Origin: Candidatus Omnitrophota bacterium
GTDB taxonomy: Bacteria > Omnitrophota > Gorgyraeia > Gygaellales > Profunditerraquicolaceae
Direction of reading: 5' to 3'
DNA: 64,000 bases
Assembly (NCBI GenBank): GCA_043812955.1
Contig: JBDRLN010000040.1
Location: 685-64,684 of the forward strand
The notes beneath the pieces were generated by a model that searched no databases, was not told the DNA's origin, and was given only the letters and a program-made list of their open reading frames with translations. Each line of letters begins with the position of its first letter. Within the stretch, counting starts at the first letter, position 1. The translations under genes and the position numbers were made by a program. Below are positions 8,858 through 17,980 of the stretch, piece after piece.

Positions 8858-9028
8858 ATGGGTGTTTTGATTGAAGGCATGATTAAGGGTAGCCTTAAGT
8901 TTTGGCAGGGCTATACCGATAATTACCTTAAGGTCAGGATTGAGTCTAATAAGGATATCCACAATTGTATTTTAGCGGTTAAGTTAAAAGATATAGAGCG
9001 GGATTATTTCATAGGTCAGAGGAAATAG
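8858..9028 (+). pseudogene. Diverged duplicate of the mtaB 3' end (TRAM segment)
   Basis: Open 56-codon frame MGVLIEGMIKGS..GYTDNYLKV.., 35/49 aa identical to MtaB from 7904. Confidence 0.8.
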
Positions 9029-9086
9029 GGGACGTCTCTATTTTCCTTAAATCCGAGGGGGCGAGAAAATAGAAACGTCCCCTATT
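9024..9086. repeat. GGGGACGT-type inverted repeat pair
   Basis: AATAGGGGACGTCTCTATTTTC / GAAAATAGAAACGTCCCCTATT; twin at 13784. Confidence 0.85.
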
Positions 9087-9130
9087 AATAAAAAAACCCT
9101 GATGTATTTCGCATCAGGGTTTTTTTATTA
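9086..9130. terminator. Bidirectional intrinsic terminator
   Basis: A-run-CCCTGATG-loop-CATCAGGG-T-run between convergent units. Confidence 0.8.
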
Positions 9131-9143
9131 GAAAATACTTTGA

Positions 9144-10106
9144 TTATTCGATGATCTCCTTGGCAATTGACAGGACTGGTCCGGGAATTTTTATTCCCGC
9201 TGCTATAGCTGATTTTTTATTAATGGTTATATCGTATGACTTTAATAGCTCAATCGGAATATCCGATGGGCTCTTGCCGTTTAAGATCTGGATTGCTTTT
9301 TTAGCGGCTAATTGTCCGAGCATATAGGAGCTAGAGGATACGCATAACAGGACTCCTTTTTTTGCCCGATCAGCCATGTGCGCGGCAGTCAAAAGCTTAT
9401 TATTATTTGCTACAGTTGTGATATCTGTAAGCGCCTTGGAAACTGTTGTGCCGCCGGTTACAAATATAGCATCAACTTTTCCGACCAGGGAATTAGTTAC
9501 GGAAACAGTATCTTCTACTTTAGCCAGATTTACCGGCACAACGGTGATTTTGCTGGTTTCCTGGATTTTCTTGAATGCCTCTAATTGTTGCACTGTATTA
9601 TCTTCTGTTTCAGTGTAGATAACGCCAATCCGGGCAACCTTAACTATTTTTCTCATAGCGTTGACAATTGCAGCCATGTCTACCATGGTAGAGGTGCCGG
9701 TGTTATTATTTCCTGACGATTCCCAACTCTTGGCAATCTTGGAGCTGATCGGGTCAAATACCAGGCTAAACACAATAGGTATATTTTTTTCTGCTTTAGC
9801 CGTAGCTATGGCTGCGACGGTTCCTACCGGAATAATAACATTTACCTTATTAGCCGAGAATTCGTTAACAATTGCCGTAATTTTTTCCTTATCATTCTCG
9901 CCATTTTTAAGGGTGAAGTCTACCTTGTCTTTTCCATATCCGGATTTTTCAAATTGATCAACACTGCCTTTTTGGGCTTCCAGGTAATGCGCGGCATCCG
10001 AAGTGATAACTATTCCGATCTTGATCTTTTCCTGGGCCAGCCCGATAGAACCAAGGCCAAGGCATATTGCTAAGACAATAACTACAACTATTCCTTGCTT
10101 AAACAT
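9144..10106 (-). CDS. ABC-type substrate-binding protein (ABC_sub_bind / YtrF-TrpX-like), orphan
   Basis: Signal peptide, IPIVFS.V.DP, GNNNTG, QILNGKSPSDIPIE, INKKSA.AAGIKIP. Confidence 0.82.
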   Translation of the reverse strand: MFKQGIVVVIVLAICLGLGSIGLAQEKIKIGIVITSDAAHYLEAQKGSVDQFEKSGYGKDKVDFTLKNGENDKEKITAIVNEFSANKVNVIIPVGTVAAIATAKAEKNIPIVFSLVFDPISSKIAKSWESSGNNNTGTSTMVDMAAIVNAMRKIVKVARIGVIYTETEDNTVQQLEAFKKIQETSKITVVPVNLAKVEDTVSVTNSLVGKVDAIFVTGGTTVSKALTDITTVANNNKLLTAAHMADRAKKGVLLCVSSSSYMLGQLAAKKAIQILNGKSPSDIPIELLKSYDITINKKSAIAAGIKIPGPVLSIAKEIIE

Positions 10107-10148
10107 GTCTACCTCCCTTTTATAATATGGTTTCTTTCAACCTATTGT

Positions 10149-10177
10149 ATTATAGTAAAAATAAAAAAATATGTCAA
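10149..10177 (-). promoter_or_regulatory. Consensus sigma70 promoter for the binding-protein gene
   Basis: Minus strand TTGACA-N17-TATAAT. Confidence 0.75.
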
Positions 10178-10201
10178 GGATTTTCGGGAATTTATATTTT
10201 A

Positions 10202-10231
10202 TTGACAATCCCGAGTTTTTAGGAGTAAAAT
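10202..10231 (+). promoter_or_regulatory. Divergent sigma70 promoter
   Basis: TTGACA-N18-TAAAAT. Confidence 0.6.
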
Positions 10232-10380
10232 AGATACCAATACGAAAAGGATTCTAGATTTAAAAAAAATAAAATCTACGATCAGGTTTTTTGTCAGAAG
10301 ATTTTTTTGTTTAAAACACTATTTTTACCGTTTGCCTGACGGTAAGTCAGGGCAGGTAAGATTAATAAAAAGGTTTAAAA

Positions 10381-10986
10381 ATGAAAAAGTTTATGCCGGT
10401 GAATTTCGCAGTTGCCGGTGTTTTAGTTCTAACCGCAGTTTTAGGCATAAGTTATGCCCAGAAAAATGAATTTATTCCTGCGGAGCAGGTTTTATTTGAG
10501 CAAATAGTAGTTACAGCACAGTCCTGGGGAAAAGACCCTAAAATAGTTTCTTTTGTCAAAGCTAAGAACGCCTCCGGAGAAACCTTAGACCAGGCAAAAG
10601 AGCAAGATAAGGCCTGGATCAGTACCCCCGGAATAGACGTATTTATGAAAAGTATATTGGAGAATGGTTGTTCCAAGTATCTGCGGGAGCTGAGAAAGAC
10701 AGCGCAGGTTATCGGAGAATTTTATGTGATGGATTTAAACGGGGCCTTGGTCGGCGCAACTAATAAAATCGCTGATTATTGGCAGGGAGATGAGGATATG
10801 CATATTAAGACTTGTCAGGTTGGAGGGGCAGGCGCGACCTTTATTGATATAATAAAATTCGATCAAAGTTCTCAAAAATTTCGCCGGCAGATAAGTGTCC
10901 CGGTTATAGACCTTGCCACCGGCAATGCTATCGGCGCGATAACCGTGGGTGTTGACCTGGATAAATTAACCAAACTTTCTAAATAA
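10381..10986 (+). CDS. Secreted stand-alone PDC/Cache-like sensor domain protein, paralog 1
   Basis: Signal peptide; EFYVMDLNGALVG..DYWQGDE..QISVPVID..IGAITVGVD pattern. Confidence 0.7.
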   Translation: MKKFMPVNFAVAGVLVLTAVLGISYAQKNEFIPAEQVLFEQIVVTAQSWGKDPKIVSFVKAKNASGETLDQAKEQDKAWISTPGIDVFMKSILENGCSKYLRELRKTAQVIGEFYVMDLNGALVGATNKIADYWQGDEDMHIKTCQVGGAGATFIDIIKFDQSSQKFRRQISVPVIDLATGNAIGAITVGVDLDKLTKLSK

Positions 10987-11016
10987 ATGTTTGCATAAAA
11001 AAATGTGTGTTTCTTA

Positions 11017-11044
11017 TTGACAAATCAGCGAGCAGTAGTAAAAT
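11017..11044 (+). promoter_or_regulatory. sigma70 promoter for paralog 2 and MCP
   Basis: TTGACA-N16-TAAAAT. Confidence 0.55.
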
Positions 11045-11094
11045 AATAAAACAGTAAGTGGAATGTAGGTCGCGAAAAAAAGGAGACGTAAGAA

Positions 11095-11703
11095 ATGAAT
11101 AAATATAGGGCATTGGGGTTAGTGTTAGGTTGTGTTTTGGTTTTAACCGTGGTGTTAGGCGTAGGTTACGCTCAGCAAAAAAAAGAACTTACTCCTGCAG
11201 AACAAGCATTATTTGATAAAACAGTGGCTATAGTGCAGAACTGGGGAAAAGATCCTAAAATAGTTGCTTTTGTCAAAGCTAAGAATGCCTCCGGAGAGAC
11301 CTTAGGTCAGGTAAAAGAGCAAGATAAAATATGGATCGCTACTCCTGGACTGAGCGCATTCATGAAAAGCATATTAGAAAATGATTGCTCCAAGTATCTA
11401 CTCGAACTAAGAAAGTTGACTCCGGCGGTTGGAGAATTTTTTCTTATGGATTTAAACGGGGCCTTGGTCGGCGAAACTAATAAAACCTCTGATTATTGGC
11501 AGGGCGATGAAGATAAGCATATTAAGACCTGCCAGATTGGCGGGCAAGGTGCAACTTTTATTGATAAAATCAAATATGATGAAAGCTCTCTAAAATTTAG
11601 CCGGCAGGTAAGCGTTCCGGTTATAGACCCTGATACCGGCAACGCTATCGGCGCGATAACCGTGGGTGTTGACCTGGATAAATTAATCAAACTTTCTAAA
11701 TAA
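11095..11703 (+). CDS. Secreted stand-alone PDC/Cache-like sensor domain protein, paralog 2
   Basis: Collinear with 10381 protein; TSDYWQGDE motif. Confidence 0.7.
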   Translation: MNKYRALGLVLGCVLVLTVVLGVGYAQQKKELTPAEQALFDKTVAIVQNWGKDPKIVAFVKAKNASGETLGQVKEQDKIWIATPGLSAFMKSILENDCSKYLLELRKLTPAVGEFFLMDLNGALVGETNKTSDYWQGDEDKHIKTCQIGGQGATFIDKIKYDESSLKFSRQVSVPVIDPDTGNAIGAITVGVDLDKLIKLSK

Positions 11704-11741
11704 GGGTTTAATCAATAGACATTAAGTTGAGGAGGATGGCA

Positions 11742-13784
11742 ATGGCAGGAGAAACAGCCAAAGTTAAGATGGCAGAGAGTTTGCGTTTTAGGTTGATACT
11801 TTATTTTATTTTAATTACTTTTATCCCTTTAGTTGTTTTGAGCGTCATTGCCTACAATATTACCAAGTCTAGGCTGCAAACTCAGATTGCTGGTTCTCTG
11901 GAAGTTGTGGCTAAGGAAACATTAGACAAGGTGGACCGTTTTGTCTATCAGCAGATATCCGATGTTAAATCTTGGAGTAAAAATCCGATTTTAAAAGGGG
12001 CTCTTTTTTTCGGCACCGCGGATATGGTAGATACATTGTTCAATAATACCCTTGATTCTTTTAGGGAATATGATTCGCTGGCCCTATTTGACCGTAACGG
12101 AGATGAGGTTATATCTAAGGGCGAGAGTGTGTTATATGAAAAAGGCCAGAATCAATCTCGGGCAGACTGGTTTGAGGGCGCTACAAGGGCTAATTTTTAT
12201 ATTACCGAGGTGACTAAAAATGGAAATAAAATTCATGTAGGGATATCTTCTGCAGTTGTGGATAGCGAGACTGGGGAGACCAGCGGAGTGCTGTTTGCAG
12301 AGTTTAATTTTTTGACTATCAATGAAATCATTGCTCCGGTTCAGGTAACGGCAAATATTAAAGACCAGGGTATCAGCATCATTAATAATGAAGGGCTGAT
12401 TATATTTGATTTGGATAAAGGTGCCATATTTAACAAGAATTTGATTAAGGAGGATTATATAAGTGCCAAGCAAGTCCTCTCAACCAAGGGTAGCGGCTAT
12501 GTAGTTGATCTTGATACGGGCCGGCTTACCGGGTATGCTTACAGCAAGGGTTATAAGGATTTCAAAGGTGGGATGTGGAGCCTTTTATTGGGGGTTCAAA
12601 ATAAGACTATCCTGGCCCCGGTATTGCGCTTGCGCCAGTTATTTGTGACGATTATTCTTATAACGCTGGTTATTGTTACTATTATCTCTATATTTATCAG
12701 CCGCAGGATTACTAATCCGATTAGTATTGTTACGAACGCTATTCTGGATATTGCGGAGAGGGAGGCGGATTTAACCCATAAAATTGATTATACTTCTAAA
12801 GATGAAATAGGGATGTTGGTAATGGCCTTTAATAAAATCATAGATTCAATTTATATTTTGATTAAGCAGGTTAAAAATACTGCCAACACGGTAGTTGCTT
12901 CTACTCAAACTATGTCTGCAACCACCCAGGAGATGAATGCCTCTACCCAGGAAGTATCATCGGCGATTTTACAGGTAAGTAAGGGCGCTACTTCCCAGGC
13001 AGATCATTTGTCCAGAACTTTTGATATTATAGAAAAGTCAGCGGCAAGCCTGCGCCAGGTAGTGGATAATGCCCAATTAGCTAACCAGACCTCAGATAAG
13101 ACCAGCTTGGGAGCTGAAGAGGCCTATGTTGCTGCTCAAGAAGCAGTGGAGAAGATTGAGACCTTGAATAGTTCGGTTAAGGTAGCTGCCGATGTTATCC
13201 AGGAATTAGGTGAAACATCTAAACAAATAGGCGTGATTACCGATACAATTACTTCTATTGCTGACCAGATTAATCTGTTGGCTTTAAATGCCGCTATTGA
13301 GGCTGCTCGGGCTGGCGAGGCTGGCCGGGGTTTTGCTGTTGTTGCCGAAGAGGTGCGTAAGTTAGCTGAGGGGTCTGCTGAAGCAGTGCGTAAAATCAGC
13401 GGGTATATCCGCTCGATCCAGAACGGAACCAATAAGGCAGTCAGCGCTATATTGTCAAGCTCGGAGGCAGTTAAGGAAGGCAAGGCCCGGGTAGTTAAGA
13501 TCGCCCTGACCCTGCGCGATATCAATACATCTATTAAAGAGGGCGCTGGTTTAATCAGCCAGATCGCGGCCTCCGGAACTGACCGTGTATTAGAGACCGA
13601 GAAGATAGTTAAGGCAATTAATGAGGTAGCTGATATTGCCAAACAGTCTGCCGCAACTGCCGAACAGGTATCTTCGACCAGCGAAGAGCAAACCGCGTCT
13701 ATGCAGGAAGTGTCTGCCTCTTCTCAGGAGCTTGCCCGTTTGGCAATGGATTTAAGGGAGGTAGTTAATAGGTTTAAGATTTAA
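11742..13784 (+). CDS. Methyl-accepting chemotaxis protein (TM-dCache-TM-HAMP-MA)
   Basis: [42 protein letters not shown], two TM helices; GAGGAGG before ATG 11742. Confidence 0.93.
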   Translation: MAGETAKVKMAESLRFRLILYFILITFIPLVVLSVIAYNITKSRLQTQIAGSLEVVAKETLDKVDRFVYQQISDVKSWSKNPILKGALFFGTADMVDTLFNNTLDSFREYDSLALFDRNGDEVISKGESVLYEKGQNQSRADWFEGATRANFYITEVTKNGNKIHVGISSAVVDSETGETSGVLFAEFNFLTINEIIAPVQVTANIKDQGISIINNEGLIIFDLDKGAIFNKNLIKEDYISAKQVLSTKGSGYVVDLDTGRLTGYAYSKGYKDFKGGMWSLLLGVQNKTILAPVLRLRQLFVTIILITLVIVTIISIFISRRITNPISIVTNAILDIAEREADLTHKIDYTSKDEIGMLVMAFNKIIDSIYILIKQVKNTANTVVASTQTMSATTQEMNASTQEVSSAILQVSKGATSQADHLSRTFDIIEKSAASLRQVVDNAQLANQTSDKTSLGAEEAYVAAQEAVEKIETLNSSVKVAADVIQELGETSKQIGVITDTITSIADQINLLALNAAIEAARAGEAGRGFAVVAEEVRKLAEGSAEAVRKISGYIRSIQNGTNKAVSAILSSSEAVKEGKARVVKIALTLRDINTSIKEGAGLISQIAASGTDRVLETEKIVKAINEVADIAKQSAATAEQVSSTSEEQTASMQEVSASSQELARLAMDLREVVNRFKI

Positions 13785-13846
13785 AAAAGGGGACGTTTCT
13801 ATTTTTTCGTTTGGGCAAATCTAAAAAATAGAAACGTCCCCTTTTT
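13784..13846. repeat. GGGGACGT-type inverted repeat pair
   Basis: AAAAAGGGGACGTTTCTATTTTTT / AAAAAATAGAAACGTCCCCTTTTT, perfect 24-bp arms. Confidence 0.85.
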
Positions 13847-13855
13847 AGTTTCTGA

Positions 13856-13884
13856 TTGACACCTGCCTAAAACAGTGGTATATT
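13856..13884 (+). promoter_or_regulatory. rpsU promoter
   Basis: TTGACA-N17-TATATT with TG extension. Confidence 0.65.
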
Positions 13885-13896
13885 ACACAACACTAT

Positions 13897-13938
13897 TGGG
13901 GTCAGAATTATTTTTTCTAAAATATAATTCTGACCCCA
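13897..13938. repeat. Empty GGGGTCAGAATTAT TIR pair (non-autonomous derivative of the 8082 element)
   Basis: TGGGGTCAGAATTAT...ATAATTCTGACCCCA. Confidence 0.85.
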
Positions 13939-13966
13939 TTTTAAGACAGGAAAGGAGATGATATTA

Positions 13967-14134
13967 GTGCCGGAGATCGAGATTAAAAAAGGTGAGTCTT
14001 TTGAAGGGGCAATGCGCCGTTTTAAGAGAAAGATCGAAGAGGAGGGGATCTTAAGGGAAGTAAGAGACCGCAAACATTATGAAAAGCCCAGCGAGCGGAA
14101 AAGAAAGAAAGCGAAGCAAAGCAAGAGAAGATAA
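13967..14134 (+). CDS. rpsU: 30S ribosomal protein S21 (not in ORF track)
   Basis: [48 protein letters not shown]. Confidence 0.93.
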   Translation: MPEIEIKKGESFEGAMRRFKRKIEEEGILREVRDRKHYEKPSERKRKKAKQSKRR

Positions 14135-14390
14135 TGGGTTGCGCTCTTTCTACTTCCAGGAACGCCTTTCGGTATTCCCGTGGTTTAAGATTAATTCAGG
14201 AGATAAAATCCTTAGGCCTTGATTGGGTAGAATCTAGTTTTAACCTTACCTGTTCAATGTTTGAGGAGATCGAAGATTTAGTTTAAAAAAAGATTTATAC
14301 AAGCTGCCAGTCTGCACAACTTTTGCCCTATGCTGCGGGGCGTAGAAAGAGAAAAGGCCCTTCCCGATTATTCTTGGTTTGACTCGATAT
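14134..14390 (+). pseudogene. Frameshifted, truncated 5' remnant of a probable sugar-phosphate isomerase/epimerase (TIM barrel) gene
   Basis: [30 protein letters not shown], stop at 14284, +1 frame continues SLHNFCP..REKALPDY; family call from memory. Confidence 0.55.
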
Positions 14391-15212
14391 ATGGAAAAGA
14401 ACAAGATAAGAAAAGCTGTAGTCGCCGGGCAATTTTACCCTTCTTCAAAAGAAAATATTATAAGTCAGATAGAAGGCTGTGTTGGTAAACAGGCGGGTGT
14501 ATCCAATTGTTTGGCCTGTATGCTTCCTCATGCCGGGTATATGTATTCCGGAAGGGTAGCTATGGAAACAATCTCCCGGATAAAAATCAGAAGAAAGATT
14601 ATACTCTTAGGGCCTAATCATAGAGGATATGGCCCGCAGTTCAGCTTGATGGGGGAGGGGATTTGGGAAACCCCATTAGGCGGGATTAAGATTAATACTG
14701 ATTTAGCTAAAGATTTACTTCAGTCTTCAAAATACTTTAAAGATGATTATCTGGCCCATACTTATGAGCATTCTTTAGAAGTAGAGTTGCCGATATTGCA
14801 ATATTATAATCCTGATTTTGAAATTGTCCCGGTTACAATACTATCTCAGGATAAAGCTGCTTTAAAAGAGGCGGGCCGGGAGATCGCAGATGCCGTTAAA
14901 ACTTCTGATAACCGGCAAGAGATAATGTTAATAGCCAGTTCTGATATGACTCATTATGAGCCTCAAAAAGAAGCAGAATATAAAGATAAAGAAGCTATAC
15001 AGGCTATCTTAGATTTAGATGAAGACAGGCTTTACGATTTAGTAAAAAAGATGAATATTACAATGTGCGGCCTTGGTCCGGTGATAACTATGCTTAGCGC
15101 TGTTAAATTGTTAGGGGCGAAATCTGCCAAATTAATCCGGTATGAAACCAGCGGCCAAGCCAGCGGGGACTATGAAAACGTGGTGGGTTACGCCGGGATA
15201 ATAATATTTTAA
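14391..15212 (+). CDS. amrB: AmmeMemoRadiSam protein B (Memo), stand-alone, no signal peptide
   Basis: IRKAVVAGQFYP, PHAGYMYSG, EHSLEVELP, ASSDMTHY, MCG, VVGYAG. Confidence 0.9.
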   Translation: MEKNKIRKAVVAGQFYPSSKENIISQIEGCVGKQAGVSNCLACMLPHAGYMYSGRVAMETISRIKIRRKIILLGPNHRGYGPQFSLMGEGIWETPLGGIKINTDLAKDLLQSSKYFKDDYLAHTYEHSLEVELPILQYYNPDFEIVPVTILSQDKAALKEAGREIADAVKTSDNRQEIMLIASSDMTHYEPQKEAEYKDKEAIQAILDLDEDRLYDLVKKMNITMCGLGPVITMLSAVKLLGAKSAKLIRYETSGQASGDYENVVGYAGIIIF

Positions 15213-15224
15213 AGGAAGACATAT

Positions 15225-15572
15225 ATGGATGAGAAAGAAAAGAGCATTGATGAGAGTTGGAAAGAGACTGTTGCCAAGGAAAAAAAATCATTAAAGGATG
15301 GCGAGGGTTTTATTCCTCCTGAGCCGGATTTTTCTTTTTTTATCACTACCTTATCCCTGCAAGCATCTATTGCCCTGGGAAAGATACCTAACCCCGGGAC
15401 TAATCAAAAGGAAGATAATCCTGAGCAGGCAAAATTCATTATTGATACCTTGGCTATGTTAAAGGAGAAGACCAAAGGGAATTTAAATAAGGAAGAAGAT
15501 GGGCTATTAGATAACCTGCTTTATGAACTAAGGATGGAGTATGTTTCCTTGTCGAAAGAGAGGCCAAAATGA
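15225..15572 (+). CDS. DUF1844 family protein
   Basis: ALGKIPNP..AKFIIDTLAMLKEKTKGNL..E..LL..LYELRM. Confidence 0.8.
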   Translation: MDEKEKSIDESWKETVAKEKKSLKDGEGFIPPEPDFSFFITTLSLQASIALGKIPNPGTNQKEDNPEQAKFIIDTLAMLKEKTKGNLNKEEDGLLDNLLYELRMEYVSLSKERPK

Positions 15573-15721
15573 TTGATAAAGAGCTTTTGGATATCCTGGC
15601 TTGCCCGGCTTGTAAAGGGGATGTGGAGTTAAAAGAAGAAAAAATAGTTTGTATCAAGTGCGCTAAGAGATACCCTATTAAAGACGGTATCCCGGTAATG
15701 TTGATTGACGAAGCCGAATAG
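15569..15721 (+). CDS. Trm112/YcaR family protein (not in ORF track)
   Basis: MIDKELLDILACPACKG..CIKC..YPIKDGIPVMLIDEAE. Confidence 0.9.
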   Translation: MIDKELLDILACPACKGDVELKEEKIVCIKCAKRYPIKDGIPVMLIDEAE

Positions 15722-15778
15722 TTTCGGTGTTCGGGTTTCGGCCATAGGCCGCTAACAGCTAACAGCTAACTAAACCAT

Positions 15779-16210
15779 ATGAAAAGAATACTCGTAATAC
15801 ATGGGCCTAATCTAAACCTGCTTGGCCAGAGAGAACCGGCAATCTACGGCCGGGTGACCTTAAAAAGCATAAATCAGGCTCTAAAGAAAATAGCCGGGAA
15901 AAAGAAAGTTAGTTTGATTATTTTCCAGTCTAACCATGAAGGCGAAATAGTCGATAAAATCGCTGAGGCCGAAAATAAATATCAGGGGATATTAATAAAT
16001 CCCGCCGCCTATACCCATACCAGCGTAGCGATCAGGGACGCACTCAGCGCTTGCAGTAAACCGGCTGTTGAGGTCCATCTATCCAATATTTATTCCCGGG
16101 AAGAATTCCGGCAGAAATCATTAGTCAGTCCTGTAGTCAGAGGGACGATTATGGGATTTGGCAAGGATAGCTATCTGTTGGGATTAGAGGCCCTTTTGGA
16201 TATAATATAA
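15779..16210 (+). CDS. aroQ: Type II 3-dehydroquinate dehydratase
   Basis: [34 protein letters not shown]. Confidence 0.96.
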   Translation: MKRILVIHGPNLNLLGQREPAIYGRVTLKSINQALKKIAGKKKVSLIIFQSNHEGEIVDKIAEAENKYQGILINPAAYTHTSVAIRDALSACSKPAVEVHLSNIYSREEFRQKSLVSPVVRGTIMGFGKDSYLLGLEALLDII

Positions 16211-16230
16211 TTAATCAAAAAACTTAATTA

Positions 16231-16260
16231 GGTATAGGTAAAGGTATAGGTAGAGGTAGA
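16231..16260 (+). repeat. GGTA(T/A/G)A hexamer tract
   Basis: GGTATA GGTAAA GGTATA GGTAGA GGTAGA. Confidence 0.75.
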
Positions 16261-16281
16261 GATTTATTCAATAGGCAGAGT

Positions 16282-17316
16282 ATGAATAGCAAGCTAAAAG
16301 ATATTTATCGGAAATTAGATCAAGAAGGTCTGGACGCCTTGTTGGTTATTTCTGCGGCCAATATCTCTTATCTGGCTGGTTTTCCAGCTCAGGATGCTTA
16401 TCTTTTGATTTCAGTAAAGAAGAATATCTATTTTACTGATAGCCGATATCTTAACTCAGCCGCAAAGAATTTATTGGGTTGCGGCCTTAAAGAGATTAAT
16501 ACCGATGCCTTTGACAGGATTATTAATACTTGCGCTAAGTTGGGATTAAAAAAGGTGGGATTTGAAAAAGATTATTTGACTTTCACGAGATACCAGGAAT
16601 TGAGGGGAGGGCCAGGGATAGAACTGACCCCGGTTTGCGGTTTTGTAGAGGAATTAAGGCAGGTAAAGGATGCGGAAGAGTTAAGGAAAATCCGTATTGC
16701 CGCTGACCTAGCCAGAAAAGCCTTAAAATATATTAAAGATATTATAGTTCCCGGCAAAAGGGAGATCGAAGTGGCCGGGGAATTAGAGCGTATCTTGCGT
16801 TATGCGGGGGCTTCTAAATCCTCTTTTGATATAATAGTAGCTTCAGGCCCTAATTCCAGTTTTCCGCATTATATTACTGGCAAGAGAAAGATCCGGGATA
16901 ATGAGCCGGTGTTAGTGGATGTTGGGGCAGATTATCTGGGGTATAAATCCGACTTGACAAGGGTTTTCATCTCAGGTAAAATAGACACTCTTTACAGGAA
17001 GATACAGGAAATAGTTTTCAAAGCCCGGGATCTGGCTATTCAGCAGATAAGGCCGGGTAAGAAGGCTCAAGATATTGATTCTGCTAGCCGTTCTTATATA
17101 GCTAAAAAAGGGTTTGGGAAGTATTTTGTCCATAGTTTAGGCCATGGCCTAGGTTTAGAGGTTCATGAGGGGCCGCGCTTATCCCCAAAAAATGGGAATG
17201 TTCTGAAGGCCGGAATGGTATTGACGGTTGAGCCGGCTATATATATACCGGGAAAATTCGGGTCAAGAGTAGAAGATATGGTTATAGTTACCAGGAATGG
17301 ATGCGAGGTGCTTTAG
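16282..17316 (+). CDS. Xaa-Pro aminopeptidase (M24)
   Basis: SDLTR, HSLGHGLGLEVHE, TVEPAIY, RVED. Confidence 0.92.
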   Translation: MNSKLKDIYRKLDQEGLDALLVISAANISYLAGFPAQDAYLLISVKKNIYFTDSRYLNSAAKNLLGCGLKEINTDAFDRIINTCAKLGLKKVGFEKDYLTFTRYQELRGGPGIELTPVCGFVEELRQVKDAEELRKIRIAADLARKALKYIKDIIVPGKREIEVAGELERILRYAGASKSSFDIIVASGPNSSFPHYITGKRKIRDNEPVLVDVGADYLGYKSDLTRVFISGKIDTLYRKIQEIVFKARDLAIQQIRPGKKAQDIDSASRSYIAKKGFGKYFVHSLGHGLGLEVHEGPRLSPKNGNVLKAGMVLTVEPAIYIPGKFGSRVEDMVIVTRNGCEVL

Positions 17317-17879
17317 TGGGATTTTCCATCAATGAAATTAAAAATGGCTTGACTTTGTTGATCGATAAAGAAGCTTATGTAGTTATTGATTGTCAACAGG
17401 TCAAGCCGGGAAAAGGCGCTGCCTTTGTCCGGATTAAAATACGTAATCTTAAAACCGGCAATGTCCAGGAAAGGACATTCAGGGGCGATGAAAAGATCGA
17501 GGAGGCTTATATTGAGGAACGCAAACTCCAGTATCTTTATGCCTCGGGAGAGATGTATCATTTTATGGACCAGGAGAATTATGAAGAGCTGGCTATTGCT
17601 AAAGATGTTTTAGGTGATAAGGCTAAATTCCTTAAGGACAATCTGGATATTATCGCCTCTCAATATAAAGAAAAGATTTTAAACGTGAGTCTCCCTAATT
17701 TTGTTGAGTTTAAGATTGTTCATACCGAACCGGGTATTAAGGGTGATACTGCTAAGAGCGGAACTAAACCCGCGGAGATTGAGACCGGGGCAAGTATCCA
17801 GGTCCCGCTTTTTATCAATACCGGGGACAGGATTAAAGTTGATACGCGCTCGGGTAGTTATATTGAAAGAGCGGCCTAA
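17316..17879 (+). CDS. efp: Elongation factor P
   Basis: VKPGKGAAFVR, PGIKGDT, VPLFI..GD.IKVDTR. Confidence 0.96.
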   Translation: MGFSINEIKNGLTLLIDKEAYVVIDCQQVKPGKGAAFVRIKIRNLKTGNVQERTFRGDEKIEEAYIEERKLQYLYASGEMYHFMDQENYEELAIAKDVLGDKAKFLKDNLDIIASQYKEKILNVSLPNFVEFKIVHTEPGIKGDTAKSGTKPAEIETGASIQVPLFINTGDRIKVDTRSGSYIERAA

Positions 17880-17906
17880 TCATAACCAAGGAAGGGCAGG
17901 GGCGAA

Positions 17907-17980
17907 CCCGGCACCTTCTTTAAAATTCAATCATTATAATACAAAAACCTTAGATTCATGAACTAGAAGGAAGGTGCGGG
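17907..17980. repeat. CCCGCACCTTC...GAAGGTGCGGG element abutting accB start
   Basis: Inverted arms; interior AATTCAATCA.TATAA.ACAAAA shared with 59643 copy. Confidence 0.8.

Noticed and set aside
7904-9028. Diversity-generating retroelement TR/VR pair
   Set aside because: Mismatches are not adenine-specific and there is no reverse transcriptase in the window; the same applies to the 10381/11095 paralogs
17701-17961. 86-aa ORF overlapping efp
   Set aside because: Alternate frame of efp running into the repeat element
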